Shown here: positions 36,567 to 46,413 of the stretch, one piece after another | How the letters are laid out: the number at the start of each line of letters is the position of its first letter | Position numbering within the stretch: the first letter of the stretch is position 1 | NCBI GenBank assembly: GCA_043800705.1 | Contig: JAZDMS010000010.1 | Location: 96,001-160,000, forward strand | Length of the DNA: 64,000 nucleotides | Direction: 5' to 3' | Origin: Candidatus Altiarchaeota archaeon | Lineage (GTDB): Archaea > Altiarchaeota > Altiarchaeia > IMC4 > SCGC-AAA252-I15 | Position numbers and translations under genes: made by a program | The notes under the pieces: generated by a model | The model's input: only the letters and a program-made list of their open reading frames with translations | Told to the model about the DNA's origin: nothing | Databases searched by the model: none

Positions 36567-37424
36567 ATGGACTCTCGGGTCATGGGCGTCTTATCCCTTG
36601 TTTTGGCGTCATTTTTCATGGGGATGAACGGGGTTTTTTTGGTTCCCCTAAACAGTCGTCTGCCCATGTGGGAGATAGTGGGTCTGCGTTTTGTCCTGAC
36701 GTTCGTTTGTGTCGCCATACTGGCTGCCGCCCTGGGAAAGGGTTCAAAGACAAAGGACCTGAAAGGCGAGGTCGCGATGGGCCTCATCGGCGGAGTACTC
36801 ATCCTGTCCTATTTCCTCTCGATAGTCTCTTTGGGCTTGTCGGTGGCTGCGCTGCTCCTGTATACTGCCCCTTTGTTCGGCACCGTTTTTTCGCATTTCA
36901 TCCTTGGCGAGCGGATTCGGCGGGCGCATGTCATCTGCCTCATGACTGCGTTCATTGGCCTGCTCATGGTACTGAAGCCGAGCCTCTTCCTGGACCCCAG
37001 ACTTTTAGTGGGTGTCGTCGCACCTGTCTGCTATGGGTTCAAAATGGTCTATAACCGGCGTCTTGGCAGAGTAGACTCGACATGGGTCATCACCTACTAC
37101 TATATGCTTGTTCCATCTGTCCTTTTTTTAGCCTACTTGGCGATGAACTCCTGGGCGTTCGTGGTGCCTGTCATGGGTGACCTGCCCTATCTCGGCGGGC
37201 TTGTCCTTCTGTGTTCCGTCATCGGACTACTCCTGCAGCACTATGGGGCCTCGGTCCTGGATGTGTCTGTGAGCAGCGTAGTCCTGATGTCGGAGGCGGT
37301 CTTTTCCGTGCTTTTTGGCATCATGGTGTTCGGTGAAAGACTCGATGCAGGCACCTTGGTGGGCGGTCTGCTGGTGATTGCATCAGGGGCGTACCTAGGA
37401 TTTACTCGCAATGTTGATAATTAA
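36567..37424 (+). CDS. DMT/EamA family transporter
   Basis: About 10 TM helices, LLYTAPLF, ILGERI, FGERL. Confidence 0.88.
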   Translation: MDSRVMGVLSLVLASFFMGMNGVFLVPLNSRLPMWEIVGLRFVLTFVCVAILAAALGKGSKTKDLKGEVAMGLIGGVLILSYFLSIVSLGLSVAALLLYTAPLFGTVFSHFILGERIRRAHVICLMTAFIGLLMVLKPSLFLDPRLLVGVVAPVCYGFKMVYNRRLGRVDSTWVITYYYMLVPSVLFLAYLAMNSWAFVVPVMGDLPYLGGLVLLCSVIGLLLQHYGASVLDVSVSSVVLMSEAVFSVLFGIMVFGERLDAGTLVGGLLVIASGAYLGFTRNVDN

Positions 37425-37536
37425 TTCATTTTTTTATTCGATTATTAATGATTTTTTCATAAAATAGTCAGGTATTTATAGTGGATTGTCCATATTATCT
37501 GTATTAATCTTCTCTTGTACCTATTCGGTGAAATAA

Positions 37537-39645
37537 ATGGCTGAAACAAAAAACCAGGAAACGGACGAGATCTCTAAAATCTACGGGCAGAATGTCTTCA
37601 ACCTGAAGGCCATGGCGGAGTTCCTGCCTGCGAACGTCTTCAGCGCAGTGAAGGCCACCATTGAAAAAGGGGAGCCTCTTGCGCAGGGCCTTGCAGGAGA
37701 CGTCGCCGAGGGGATGAAGCGGTGGGCTTTAAGCAAGGGCGCCACGCATTACACTCACTGGTTTCAGCCGATGACCGGGCTGACGGCGGAGAAGCACGAC
37801 TCGTTCGTCTACCCGACGAGGGAGGGCGGGATGATAGTGAAGTTCTCCGGGAAGGAACTCACCCAAGGAGAGCCCGATGCGTCGAGCTTCCCGTCGGGGG
37901 GCCTGAGGGCGACGTTCGAGGCCAGGGGATACACCGCCTGGGACCCGACCAGTCCCGCGTTCATCAAGTACGTCGAAGATGCGCCGACCCTATGCATACC
38001 GACGGCGTTCATCTCATACCACGGCGAGTGCCTCGACAAGAAGACGCCGCTTCTGCGCTCGATGCAGGCCTTGTCGAATTCGACGAGGCGGCTTCTGAAG
38101 CTGTTCGACGGAGCCGTCCCTGACGGGAAGGCATACGCGACTTTGGGCGCCGAGCAGGAGTATTTCCTCATCGACCGGGAGTTCTACCTGTCGAGGCCCG
38201 ACCTCATCCTTACCGGCAGGACGCTGTTCGGAAGGAGGCCGGCGAAGCACCAGCAGATGGAGGACCACTATTTCGGCTCCATCAAGCGGAGGATCGTGGC
38301 GTTCATGGAGGACGTGGACCGGGAGTGCTGGAAGCTCGGCATCCCCGCGAAGACGCGCCACAACGAGGTCGCGCCTGCGCAGTTCGAGATAGCGCCGGTC
38401 TTTGAGGAGCTGAACCTCGCAGTCGACCACAACATGATGGTCATGCAGATCCTGAAGGAGACTGCTGAAAGGCACGGACTCGTCTGCCTCATGCACGAGA
38501 AGCCGTTTGCCGGCATCAACGGCTCCGGGAAGCACAACAACTGGAGCCTTTCGGCGCCGGACGGGAAGAACCTCATTGACCCCGGGAAGAACCCGCATGA
38601 GAACGCGAAGTTCCTGACCGTCCTTTGCGCCATCTTGGGGGGTGTGGACCGGCATGCGAGGCTCTTGAGGATGTCGGTGAGCTCGGCGGGCAACGATCAC
38701 AGGCTCGGAGCCAACGAGGCGCCGCCGGCCATAGTGTCCGTGTTCCTGGGGGAGCAGCTGACGGAAATAATCGGCCAGATGGAGGCGGGGGCTGCGAAGA
38801 CCAGCAAAGCCAATGGCGTCATGAAGCTGGGGGTCACATCGTTGCCGGATTTCCCGAAGGACGTCACCGACAGGAACAGGACGTCGCCGTTCGCGTTCAC
38901 GGGCACGAAGTTCGAGTTCAGGATGGTGGGTTCTGCCATCTCATGCTCGGGCCCGAACACGGTGCTCAACACGATCGTCGCTGAATCGCTGGATGAGATA
39001 TCCGACGGGCTGGATGCTGCCAAAGCCAAAGGTGAGGACTTCAACAAGGCCCTGCAGGGTATTCTGCAGGATATCGTGAAGAAGCACAAGAGGATAATCT
39101 TCAACGGAGACAACTACACGAAGGAATGGGAGAGGGAGGCCGCAAGGCGCGGTTTGCCGAACATCAAGACTACCGATGAGGCGATTAAGGCGTTGACGTC
39201 AAAGGAGACGGTCGCCTTGTTCGAGAAGTATGGGGTCCTGTCCCGGGTGGAGTTGGACTCGAGGTATCACATCTTCAAGGAGGCGTACGAGAAGACGATA
39301 GACTTCGAAGGAAACTGCGCGCTGGATATGGCGAAGACCATGATCCTGCCTGCAGCGCTGAAGAGGCAGACGAGGCTCGCGAAGGGCATCTCAGCATTGA
39401 AGAAGGCCGGGGTGAGCGTCCCATCGAAGACGGGTATGCGCAGGCAGCTGACTAAGGTCGGCGGCCTTGTTGCGAGGCTCTATGTCGAGTCGGACGCCCT
39501 TGAGAGGGCCTTGGCTAAGAGGGATGCGAAGGCCGTCCTAAGGTGCATGACAGCATTGAGGGTCGTTGCTGACGCGTTGGAGGGTGAAGTGGACGAGAGT
39601 TCATGGCCTCTGCCGAAGTACAGGGACATGCTGTTCATCTACTAG
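37537..39645 (+). CDS. glnN: Glutamine synthetase type III
   Basis: GATHYTHWFQP, AEKHDSF, GEPDASSFPSGGLRATFEARGYTAWD, HEKPFAGINGSGKHNNW, DRNRTSPFAFTG. Confidence 0.95.
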   Translation: MAETKNQETDEISKIYGQNVFNLKAMAEFLPANVFSAVKATIEKGEPLAQGLAGDVAEGMKRWALSKGATHYTHWFQPMTGLTAEKHDSFVYPTREGGMIVKFSGKELTQGEPDASSFPSGGLRATFEARGYTAWDPTSPAFIKYVEDAPTLCIPTAFISYHGECLDKKTPLLRSMQALSNSTRRLLKLFDGAVPDGKAYATLGAEQEYFLIDREFYLSRPDLILTGRTLFGRRPAKHQQMEDHYFGSIKRRIVAFMEDVDRECWKLGIPAKTRHNEVAPAQFEIAPVFEELNLAVDHNMMVMQILKETAERHGLVCLMHEKPFAGINGSGKHNNWSLSAPDGKNLIDPGKNPHENAKFLTVLCAILGGVDRHARLLRMSVSSAGNDHRLGANEAPPAIVSVFLGEQLTEIIGQMEAGAAKTSKANGVMKLGVTSLPDFPKDVTDRNRTSPFAFTGTKFEFRMVGSAISCSGPNTVLNTIVAESLDEISDGLDAAKAKGEDFNKALQGILQDIVKKHKRIIFNGDNYTKEWEREAARRGLPNIKTTDEAIKALTSKETVALFEKYGVLSRVELDSRYHIFKEAYEKTIDFEGNCALDMAKTMILPAALKRQTRLAKGISALKKAGVSVPSKTGMRRQLTKVGGLVARLYVESDALERALAKRDAKAVLRCMTALRVVADALEGEVDESSWPLPKYRDMLFIY

Positions 39646-39687
39646 GGCGGCTTGGCATTCTTATCTTTCATTCGAGTATGGATAATC

Positions 39688-40131
39688 ATGCCCGCATCAG
39701 GGGATATCCTCAAGCAGGCCATCGGTACCGAGCAGGCGGCCTACGAGTTCTATCGCAAGTGTGCGGATGCCACCGCGCAGGAGAACCTGAAGGGGCTTTT
39801 CTCCAAGCTGGCCTCCGAGGAGCTGAAGCATAAGGAGATGCTTTCGAGCCTGAACCCCGAATCCTCGGAGATGGTGGCTTCTTCGATCAGCTGGTTCAAT
39901 GTCGTCGACACGCTGTGGACGTCAAACTCGGAGAACACGAAAAACGTGCGGAACATTTTGGAATTCGCCATGGGGAGGGAGCTGAAGGAGGGGGAATATT
40001 ACAGAAGCCTCTCGGAAATGCTGGCTGAGCCGAGGCTGAAGAGGCTCTGCGCTTCTCTGGCAGTCGTCGAGTCCGGGCACTACAGTCTCCTGAGGGCGGA
40101 ATATGAGCGTTTCATCGGATCGATCCGGTGA
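39688..40131 (+). CDS. Rubrerythrin / ferritin-like di-iron protein
   Basis: E..AYEFY, EELKH, E...YY, VESGH. Confidence 0.85.
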   Translation: MPASGDILKQAIGTEQAAYEFYRKCADATAQENLKGLFSKLASEELKHKEMLSSLNPESSEMVASSISWFNVVDTLWTSNSENTKNVRNILEFAMGRELKEGEYYRSLSEMLAEPRLKRLCASLAVVESGHYSLLRAEYERFIGSIR

Positions 40132-40137
40132 ATCAGA

Positions 40138-40317
40138 TCATTCCGTGGCGGCTGGGACCTGTAATTCCCCAGAGATGCCGCCGCTGTCCCCCCAGTTGTC
40201 ATCGTAGTCGTAGCTGCTGTCTGCGAATCCTGACGGGCCGCATCCTCCGCAGCACAGGCAGCCGGAGCCGGTGAGGACAAGCAGCAGAACCAGCAGAATG
40301 ATCATGTATCCTTTCAT
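40138..40317 (-). CDS. 59-aa Cys-rich lipoprotein-like microprotein
   Basis: Manual translation MKGYMIILLVLLLVLTGSGCLCCGGCGPSGFADSSYDYDDNWGDSGGISGELQVPAATE; below the ORF-track cutoff. Confidence 0.6.
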   Translation of the reverse strand: MKGYMIILLVLLLVLTGSGCLCCGGCGPSGFADSSYDYDDNWGDSGGISGELQVPAATE

Positions 40318-40413
40318 AGCATCACCTTGTTCTGGTATTCGAATCGGCGGTTAAAAAATGGCGCGTTTGGCCTATAATTCTCGTATTTATTCACGCAACG
40401 AGGGTAATTAACA

Positions 40414-41355
40414 ATGGGTGTGACCCGGAGAGTCTTGCATCTGGATGTGCGCAGAGTTAATGATGATGGACTATACTCGGTCGAACAGGCGCGCGATATG
40501 CGCCCGCGCAGATCGAGGGGTCTTGGCGCAAGCATCGCATTTGCCGCCGTGGCTGCCGCGGCCCTTGTCTCACAGGCGGGGAAGGCTTTGGGCGACACAG
40601 TTCACCTGAGGGCCGGCAAATCCGTCGATAACGTCGAAGTGTCCTCCTCCGGCGACGGCAGGTTCATAGATGTTCCCGGCGCTACTGCATTGCCCATTGG
40701 TGTCGGCAAGGATTCCATACGGGACGTCGAAATCAAGGAGGTGCAGGCCCCTTCATCGACCGCAGAGGCCAATGACAGGTGGGTCGCGGCGATGAATGCG
40801 GTACGGGAGACGGAGGGGCTGCCGCCGATGACGCGGGGGGAGGCAGCTCGCGAACTGAATGTGAGGCCTCCGACCATAAAGCGGAGCGAGCCGGCGTTGG
40901 GGGATGCGCCTCTGGAGCGGGTACCTCTTTTCAGCTCAAGAAGCTCTGCTCCCCTGGAGCCGGAGGTTTCGTCGCCTGGGGCGCACGATGGGGGCCAATG
41001 GTCGGCGCCCGAATACCTGAAATACGGCGTGTTGGCGGGTGCTGGCGCGCTCCTTTATCTGTTTGGCTTCTCTTCCGGCTGGCGCGCGCATCGCAGGTCC
41101 TCGATTATCCACGATTCCCTCGCCAGTTTCGCCAACTTCCGCCACAACATGGATTCCGTCATGGCGCATGCGGATTCCCTGGAGGAGATGGGCAGGGTCG
41201 ACCTCGCCTTGCCCTGGTGGCGGCGTGTCGCCGTCGACGACGAGCGCAGGGGAAACCGCAAACGGCTTAGGGTCATCGGGGAGAAACTCGTCAAGGCTGG
41301 CTGCAGACAGGAAGGCGCAGGCCTTATAGCGGCATCGGATCTCGGGTCTGAGTGA
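40414..41355 (+). CDS. Hypothetical membrane protein
   Basis: Signal-like AAVAAAALVSQAGKALG-DTVHL segment, Pro/Ser linker, one TM, helical C-terminus. Confidence 0.55.
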   Translation: MGVTRRVLHLDVRRVNDDGLYSVEQARDMRPRRSRGLGASIAFAAVAAAALVSQAGKALGDTVHLRAGKSVDNVEVSSSGDGRFIDVPGATALPIGVGKDSIRDVEIKEVQAPSSTAEANDRWVAAMNAVRETEGLPPMTRGEAARELNVRPPTIKRSEPALGDAPLERVPLFSSRSSAPLEPEVSSPGAHDGGQWSAPEYLKYGVLAGAGALLYLFGFSSGWRAHRRSSIIHDSLASFANFRHNMDSVMAHADSLEEMGRVDLALPWWRRVAVDDERRGNRKRLRVIGEKLVKAGCRQEGAGLIAASDLGSE

Positions 41356-41391
41356 ACTCGTTTTTTTATCCTGCGGGACAATATTCTGCCT

Positions 41392-43854
41392 ATGGGGAAG
41401 GTCAGCTCTCTGCGGAAGGATCTGCTCACGGTATTCCTCCTCGCAGCCGGCTTCAGGCTGCTTCTGAACATCGCATTCTATGCGGTATGGGGACCCCATT
41501 CGGTCAACCACCTCGAGCTGTGGCTGTATTATGCCGTCGCTGCGGGGATCAACTCCACCGCGCAGGGGGACGCCGACCCGACGACCTGGTTCTTCGGGCT
41601 TATGGGCTCATTCTTCGAAGGCGACGCGTTGTTCTACGCGGTCGGCCTTTCGAGCGTCATCCTCACGTCGATCGCCTCGGTCTTTGTCTGCCTCATCGGA
41701 CGCGAGGTCTACGGCGGGAGGGCGGGACTTTTCAGCGGCCTGATATATGCCTTCCTGAATCAGACCCTCAGCCTCTCCATGGTCGGCTTCACCCACGACC
41801 ACCTGATGATGCCGCTCGCTCTTGCCGTGCTATTCCTTGTGATTTGGGCGCTGAAGGCCAAGGGAATGCTGCGGTGGGCTTATGCCGTATCGGCCTCGGT
41901 CCTCTTCTTTCTTGGGACGAAGATACACGTCGGCATGTACGTCACTCTGGCTGTGGTCGGGATAGTCTTGGCCTCGCGCATAGTCGCAGGGTACCGCAAA
42001 TATGTGCTGTATTTCACTGTCTTGCTGGCTGCTGGGATTCTCCTTGGGGGATCCTGCATATTGCCCCGGGTCGTCGACCTGGAGATCGGAAGGCTTCCGC
42101 AGGGACGCCTCGGCAGCGCAGATGTTGTTCCCGTCTCGGCGTCAGGTTTATGGCTGAAATACAGCCTGCTTCTGGTCTTCATCCCATGGGGTCTGTATGC
42201 GGCATATCGCCGAAGGGAATTTATCGCCATTTCCTATTCGCTGATAGGGTTCGTCTTCGGCCTCGTGATGGAGCGGGGTACGCGGTTTCTGGACATCGGC
42301 GTCGCCTTGCTTGTCGCGTATGCCCTCGTCGAGTGGACTGGAAAGGATAGGCGGCTGATATTGGCCTTGTCTGCGTTGTCTGCGGTGGTGGTTCTCGTCT
42401 TGTCCCTGCCGATCCCTTATCAGGCTTTCTTCATCGTATCGCTCATCGCGCTTGTCTGGATTGTCTGTTATTCCAGGTATGACGCCGCGAAGGTATTGGC
42501 GCTTCTTTGCCTGGTCGGTTGCGTGCTCGCGTCGGCTTCTTTATTCCTGTCAGAGGACCACGTTGTGGCGGAGGCGGAATATTTCCTCTATTCTAACACG
42601 CTCAGGGGCCTTGAGCCCGGCAGCGTCCTCGCCTCCTGGGACCGCGGCTTCATGATAGATGCGCTTTCGGGCATGAGGGCGGTCTCGTCTCCCGCATACA
42701 TCGACTACCTGGCGCATGAGGCGTTGTGGCTGCCGCAGGAGCAGGCGCATCGGCTTCTGAGAAGCCGCGGAGTCGACTATGTGGTCCTGGCAGACAGCCA
42801 ATACAACGAACTCGTCTACAAAGGCGCGCCCTACTATCTCCTCAAGGGGGGCATGGCGCTCACGCCCAAGGACATTCCGCCGATAAGCCTTTCGAACTAC
42901 CTCGCCATCCATGCCCTGAGGTATGGGCAGGCAAATCCGTCGTATTTCACGGCCGTTGCCGTAGCCGACGATCCGGTCGGAGGCAACAGGATTATGGTGT
43001 ATCGCCTCACGGACTCGGGTGGGGATAACGGGACCCTCGTGTCCATAATAGCGGAAAACAACGAGGACAGAACGCTCACCGCGAACGTCGAGCTCGAGGT
43101 CCTGAGGTTTCCTGGCGGAAAGAAGCCGGTGCCGGAATACGGCCCCCCCATGGCATCCCTCCTTGAAGCCGGCGACAATCTTAGGTGCTTCGCACGCACG
43201 TCCGCGGGCATGGGCTTCCTGGGATCGCTGTCCGTGCTTCTTTTCTCCTGGAGGCGCGAACGGAGTATGGTGCGAAGGTATCTTCCTTATTTGGTCGTGC
43301 TGTTGGTCGCCTGCGGCATGGTTTATTCCCTCCTCGGCTCATGCTGCCAGGGCGAACAAACAATTGAGAGAAGCGGATCGGGGATGGAGGTCGTGCACAA
43401 GACATTCCAGGCGGAATTCCCCCCCTCTAAGCTGACGGAGGCCTCGTTCGATGCGGGGGACGTCGGGGACATATACGGCTGCAGCGTCACGATAAACGGG
43501 GGACAGCCCGCCGGATTCGTGGGAAGGGTCGCCTTCATGGCGTTGTGCGACGAAGTGGACGAGGAGGCGAAGATACTACTCGTCGACTCGAACGCGTCGC
43601 AGACGTACGGGAAGATGGCCATCGAGGACGAGCGGACCGTGAAGCTGCGCCTCACGAAGGGGCAGGAGAAACCCGTCGACTACGCCTTCCAGAGGAAAAA
43701 CCCCGGCCACGTATACGCCGTCGGATTCGGGAAATCCCAGTGCGTCGCAGCGGTCGCGGAAGGCTCGGTCGAGCCGAGGCCGTCGGGGGTGGAGCTCAGG
43801 CACGCGTTCTGCGGCAGGGCAACCGATCTTCGCGACTACGAACGCATAACCTGA
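41392..43854 (+). CDS. Divergent STT3/AglB-like GT-C membrane protein
   Basis: Multi-TM; SMVGFTHDH, GSADV, ASWDRGF at the WWDYG position, L.SRGVDYVVL. Confidence 0.65.
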   Translation: MGKVSSLRKDLLTVFLLAAGFRLLLNIAFYAVWGPHSVNHLELWLYYAVAAGINSTAQGDADPTTWFFGLMGSFFEGDALFYAVGLSSVILTSIASVFVCLIGREVYGGRAGLFSGLIYAFLNQTLSLSMVGFTHDHLMMPLALAVLFLVIWALKAKGMLRWAYAVSASVLFFLGTKIHVGMYVTLAVVGIVLASRIVAGYRKYVLYFTVLLAAGILLGGSCILPRVVDLEIGRLPQGRLGSADVVPVSASGLWLKYSLLLVFIPWGLYAAYRRREFIAISYSLIGFVFGLVMERGTRFLDIGVALLVAYALVEWTGKDRRLILALSALSAVVVLVLSLPIPYQAFFIVSLIALVWIVCYSRYDAAKVLALLCLVGCVLASASLFLSEDHVVAEAEYFLYSNTLRGLEPGSVLASWDRGFMIDALSGMRAVSSPAYIDYLAHEALWLPQEQAHRLLRSRGVDYVVLADSQYNELVYKGAPYYLLKGGMALTPKDIPPISLSNYLAIHALRYGQANPSYFTAVAVADDPVGGNRIMVYRLTDSGGDNGTLVSIIAENNEDRTLTANVELEVLRFPGGKKPVPEYGPPMASLLEAGDNLRCFARTSAGMGFLGSLSVLLFSWRRERSMVRRYLPYLVVLLVACGMVYSLLGSCCQGEQTIERSGSGMEVVHKTFQAEFPPSKLTEASFDAGDVGDIYGCSVTINGGQPAGFVGRVAFMALCDEVDEEAKILLVDSNASQTYGKMAIEDERTVKLRLTKGQEKPVDYAFQRKNPGHVYAVGFGKSQCVAAVAEGSVEPRPSGVELRHAFCGRATDLRDYERIT

Positions 43855-43890
43855 CTGCGGCTTTTAAACCTGTGGGGGTGAATTAATACC

Positions 43891-44412
43891 ATGGAATACG
43901 GATACGCCGACAAGTCCGCGAACCTGCAGCGCTTCCAGAACGTCCAGATGCTCGCCCTCTCCGCATTGGGCTTCCTCATCCCGTTCACCGTCGGACACCC
44001 CCAGTTGATCGTGGGCGTCCTCGTGAATGCGTTCATCATCAGGGCTGCGATGAGCCTCCCACGGGAGAAGGCCCTGCCAGTCGTCTTCACCCCGACATTG
44101 GGCGTACTCGCGCGAGGCCTCCTGTTCGGCCCCTTCACGGCGTACGTCATCTTCATGCTGCCTTTCATCTGGGTCGGCAACTACATACTGTTGTGGGCCT
44201 TCAGCCAGCGAACCCATTATACTGTTACCCTAATCATGTCGTCGGCTGCCAAGGCCGGATTCCTCTACGGGGCAGCGTACCTCCTCTTCTCACAGGGCAT
44301 AGTCCCCGAGATATTCCTCACGTCGATGGGGATATTCCAGTATGCGACGGCGTTAGCGGGCGGTATCCTCGCATACGGGGAGTTGGAGGCTGAGAAGCGC
44401 CTTTTTAGGTAA
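43891..44412 (+). CDS. Membrane protein, ECF transporter S-component-like
   Basis: PQLIVGVLVNA, LPFIWVGN, AKAGFL, QYATALAGG. Confidence 0.6.
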   Translation: MEYGYADKSANLQRFQNVQMLALSALGFLIPFTVGHPQLIVGVLVNAFIIRAAMSLPREKALPVVFTPTLGVLARGLLFGPFTAYVIFMLPFIWVGNYILLWAFSQRTHYTVTLIMSSAAKAGFLYGAAYLLFSQGIVPEIFLTSMGIFQYATALAGGILAYGELEAEKRLFR

Positions 44413-44480
44413 GCTCGTCGTTTATCTTGGGTGCCTTTGTTTTGGCGGTTTTCCCTGCATTAATCTGGTAACCTTCTGGG

Positions 44481-44576
44481 CGGATGATGTGCACCACCAA
44501 TGCGATGGATAACTTGAACCGCAGACTGCGAAAAGTCACGAAGACGAAGGGCGTGTTTCCAAGTGAGCAGGAGCCC
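44481..44576 (+). mobile_element. IS256-family transposase remnant
   Basis: Manual translation RMMCTTNAMDNLNRRLRKVTKTKGVFPSEQEP matches the IS256 C-terminal motif YTTNxxExxNxxxRKxTKxxGxFP. Confidence 0.75.
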
Positions 44577-46074
44577 TTTCGTCGGATGCCTTCGTCGACT
44601 TCGGGTTCTCATAGAGAAACACACCCGCCCTGATAAAACTCTTGTTTTCGATGAGCTTCAATTCGGCGCCAAAACGAGATATGACCGTTTTATCTGGTAT
44701 TCTGTGGGCATAGATTAGCCATACGTATCGTGGGTTCTTGTCTGCTATCGCCTTGCTGAGCTTTTGCATGTCCTCCCCGCAGGACTTCACATCCACCCTC
44801 TTTTGTGAGCCCCTCTTCTGGAAGTAATGGTCGAAATAGAACTTATCCCAAGAGCAGCCTACCACAAACGAGTCACCGTATACGGCGTCTCTATCAGCTA
44901 GGTAATAAGCGGCTTCGCGGAATTGCGCCTTTATCGGCCGGCTGTAGTAAGCTTGGTCGGATATGAGGTTGAAGAGGAATGCGGTTACCACAATAATCGC
45001 AACGATTGCCTGGGATGTGTTGCTTATCGGCAGTTTCGTTATTGCGCGAGCTAGCAGCAGGTATGCGGCTGGTAGTATGATGATAAGGTTGCCATAATGG
45101 CTAAGAGATGGGTTCTCCAATCTGGACTTCAAATAGACTTGGGAAAATGGTATGATAAGCCATAGGATGACCAGCATATCCGGTGACATGAGTAGCTTTC
45201 GCACATTAAGGTGTGCTTTCGACTTGTATGCTCCGTATATTATGCGGGAGATAAGAAGGAGGTACAATGCCGACACCAGAAGCCATAGATCCGGTGACTT
45301 GTTGAAGAAAATCTGAAGGAAGATTTCAAGTCTTAATTTCTCAAGGGGCGTTGAATAGATTCTCTCAGCATTCAGGTCCGCCATGAACATGGGGATCCAT
45401 GGTATGAACAGGATGATGATCGCAGAGTAGATGAGCAGAATCCTCAGCAGGGCTTTTCGCCGCATAAGAAAAAAAATCACAGTACACGCTCCCTGCGATG
45501 AAACCAGGATGCCTCCGTAATAGTGGGTATACCCTGATGCGGCGGCTGCCAGAATGTACCCGACCGCTTCTGGCATCCGGATCTTGGAGTCTGCATCAAG
45601 GCTCTTCAGAATCGGCAGCCAAAGATACGTCGTCAGTATGCTTAAAAGGAGCAGGATAGAATAAGACCTTGCCTCCTGGCTATAATATACTGGGAACCAC
45701 AGGAACGCCACCAACGCGGACGCTATGAGTCCTTCCCTGTGCGAGAAAAGACGAGACCCCAGAAGGAATATGGCCGGTATCGACAGGATGCCGGCAATTG
45801 CCGAGGGAAGCCTTAAAGCAGCCTCAGAGTCGCCGATGAATTTCAGGGCAAAGTGCATGAATAACACGTAACCTGGCGGATGGTATGTGTTTCGGACTGA
45901 CCCGATTACCTGGGATAACGTCCGGGGGCTGCTTTCATACAAGGTCCCGAGCTCGTCGTTCGAAAGCGACTGAGTCTCAAGGCCGTAAAGCCTTAAAACC
46001 GCTCCGAGGACGGTTATTAAAATTAGAAGCGCCAAGACGTTTTTTGGGTAAGCCCCCATCTTATCTTCCCCCAT
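44536..46074 (-). CDS. GT-C fold glycosyltransferase (GT39 / ArnT-like)
   Basis: LRLYGL..QSLSNDE, HPPGY, LRLPSA, YYSQEARSY, YTHYYG. Confidence 0.9.
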   Translation of the reverse strand: MGEDKMGAYPKNVLALLILITVLGAVLRLYGLETQSLSNDELGTLYESSPRTLSQVIGSVRNTYHPPGYVLFMHFALKFIGDSEAALRLPSAIAGILSIPAIFLLGSRLFSHREGLIASALVAFLWFPVYYSQEARSYSILLLLSILTTYLWLPILKSLDADSKIRMPEAVGYILAAAASGYTHYYGGILVSSQGACTVIFFLMRRKALLRILLIYSAIIILFIPWIPMFMADLNAERIYSTPLEKLRLEIFLQIFFNKSPDLWLLVSALYLLLISRIIYGAYKSKAHLNVRKLLMSPDMLVILWLIIPFSQVYLKSRLENPSLSHYGNLIIILPAAYLLLARAITKLPISNTSQAIVAIIVVTAFLFNLISDQAYYSRPIKAQFREAAYYLADRDAVYGDSFVVGCSWDKFYFDHYFQKRGSQKRVDVKSCGEDMQKLSKAIADKNPRYVWLIYAHRIPDKTVISRFGAELKLIENKSFIRAGVFLYENPKSTKASDERAPAHLETRPSSS

Positions 46075-46083
46075 TCCGTTGGA

Positions 46084-46209
46084 TCATATCCTGGCTATCT
46101 TCTGCAGATGGATGCGTATTTTCCTAAGCTCACTCAGGAATAGGATACCCACGATAAGCAGAAGGACTTGGCTCAGCATCACAGCGTCCGCAGTCGACAT
46201 ATCCCACAT
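46084..46209 (-). CDS. 41-aa single-TM microprotein
   Basis: Manual translation MWDMSTADAVMLSQVLLLIVGILFLSELRKIRIHLQKIARI; ends 9 nt before the GT39 start. Confidence 0.45.
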   Translation of the reverse strand: MWDMSTADAVMLSQVLLLIVGILFLSELRKIRIHLQKIARI

Positions 46210-46413
46210 GGGATAGATCTCTGAATGATGGTTTAAATAGTTAACGTTGACATGGACGTCCACCTCCCGTGCAGAGGCTGACCCAAGCGCAACTGCAAAC
46301 GGATTATGTTCGACTCCAGAAAGAGGCTATGAGGATGCATCGGCGGGAAGCGGATTTTTTTAGGGGAGCTGACTTTCTGAAGAGGATGCGGAATACCCGC
46401 GGCTGCTACAGGT

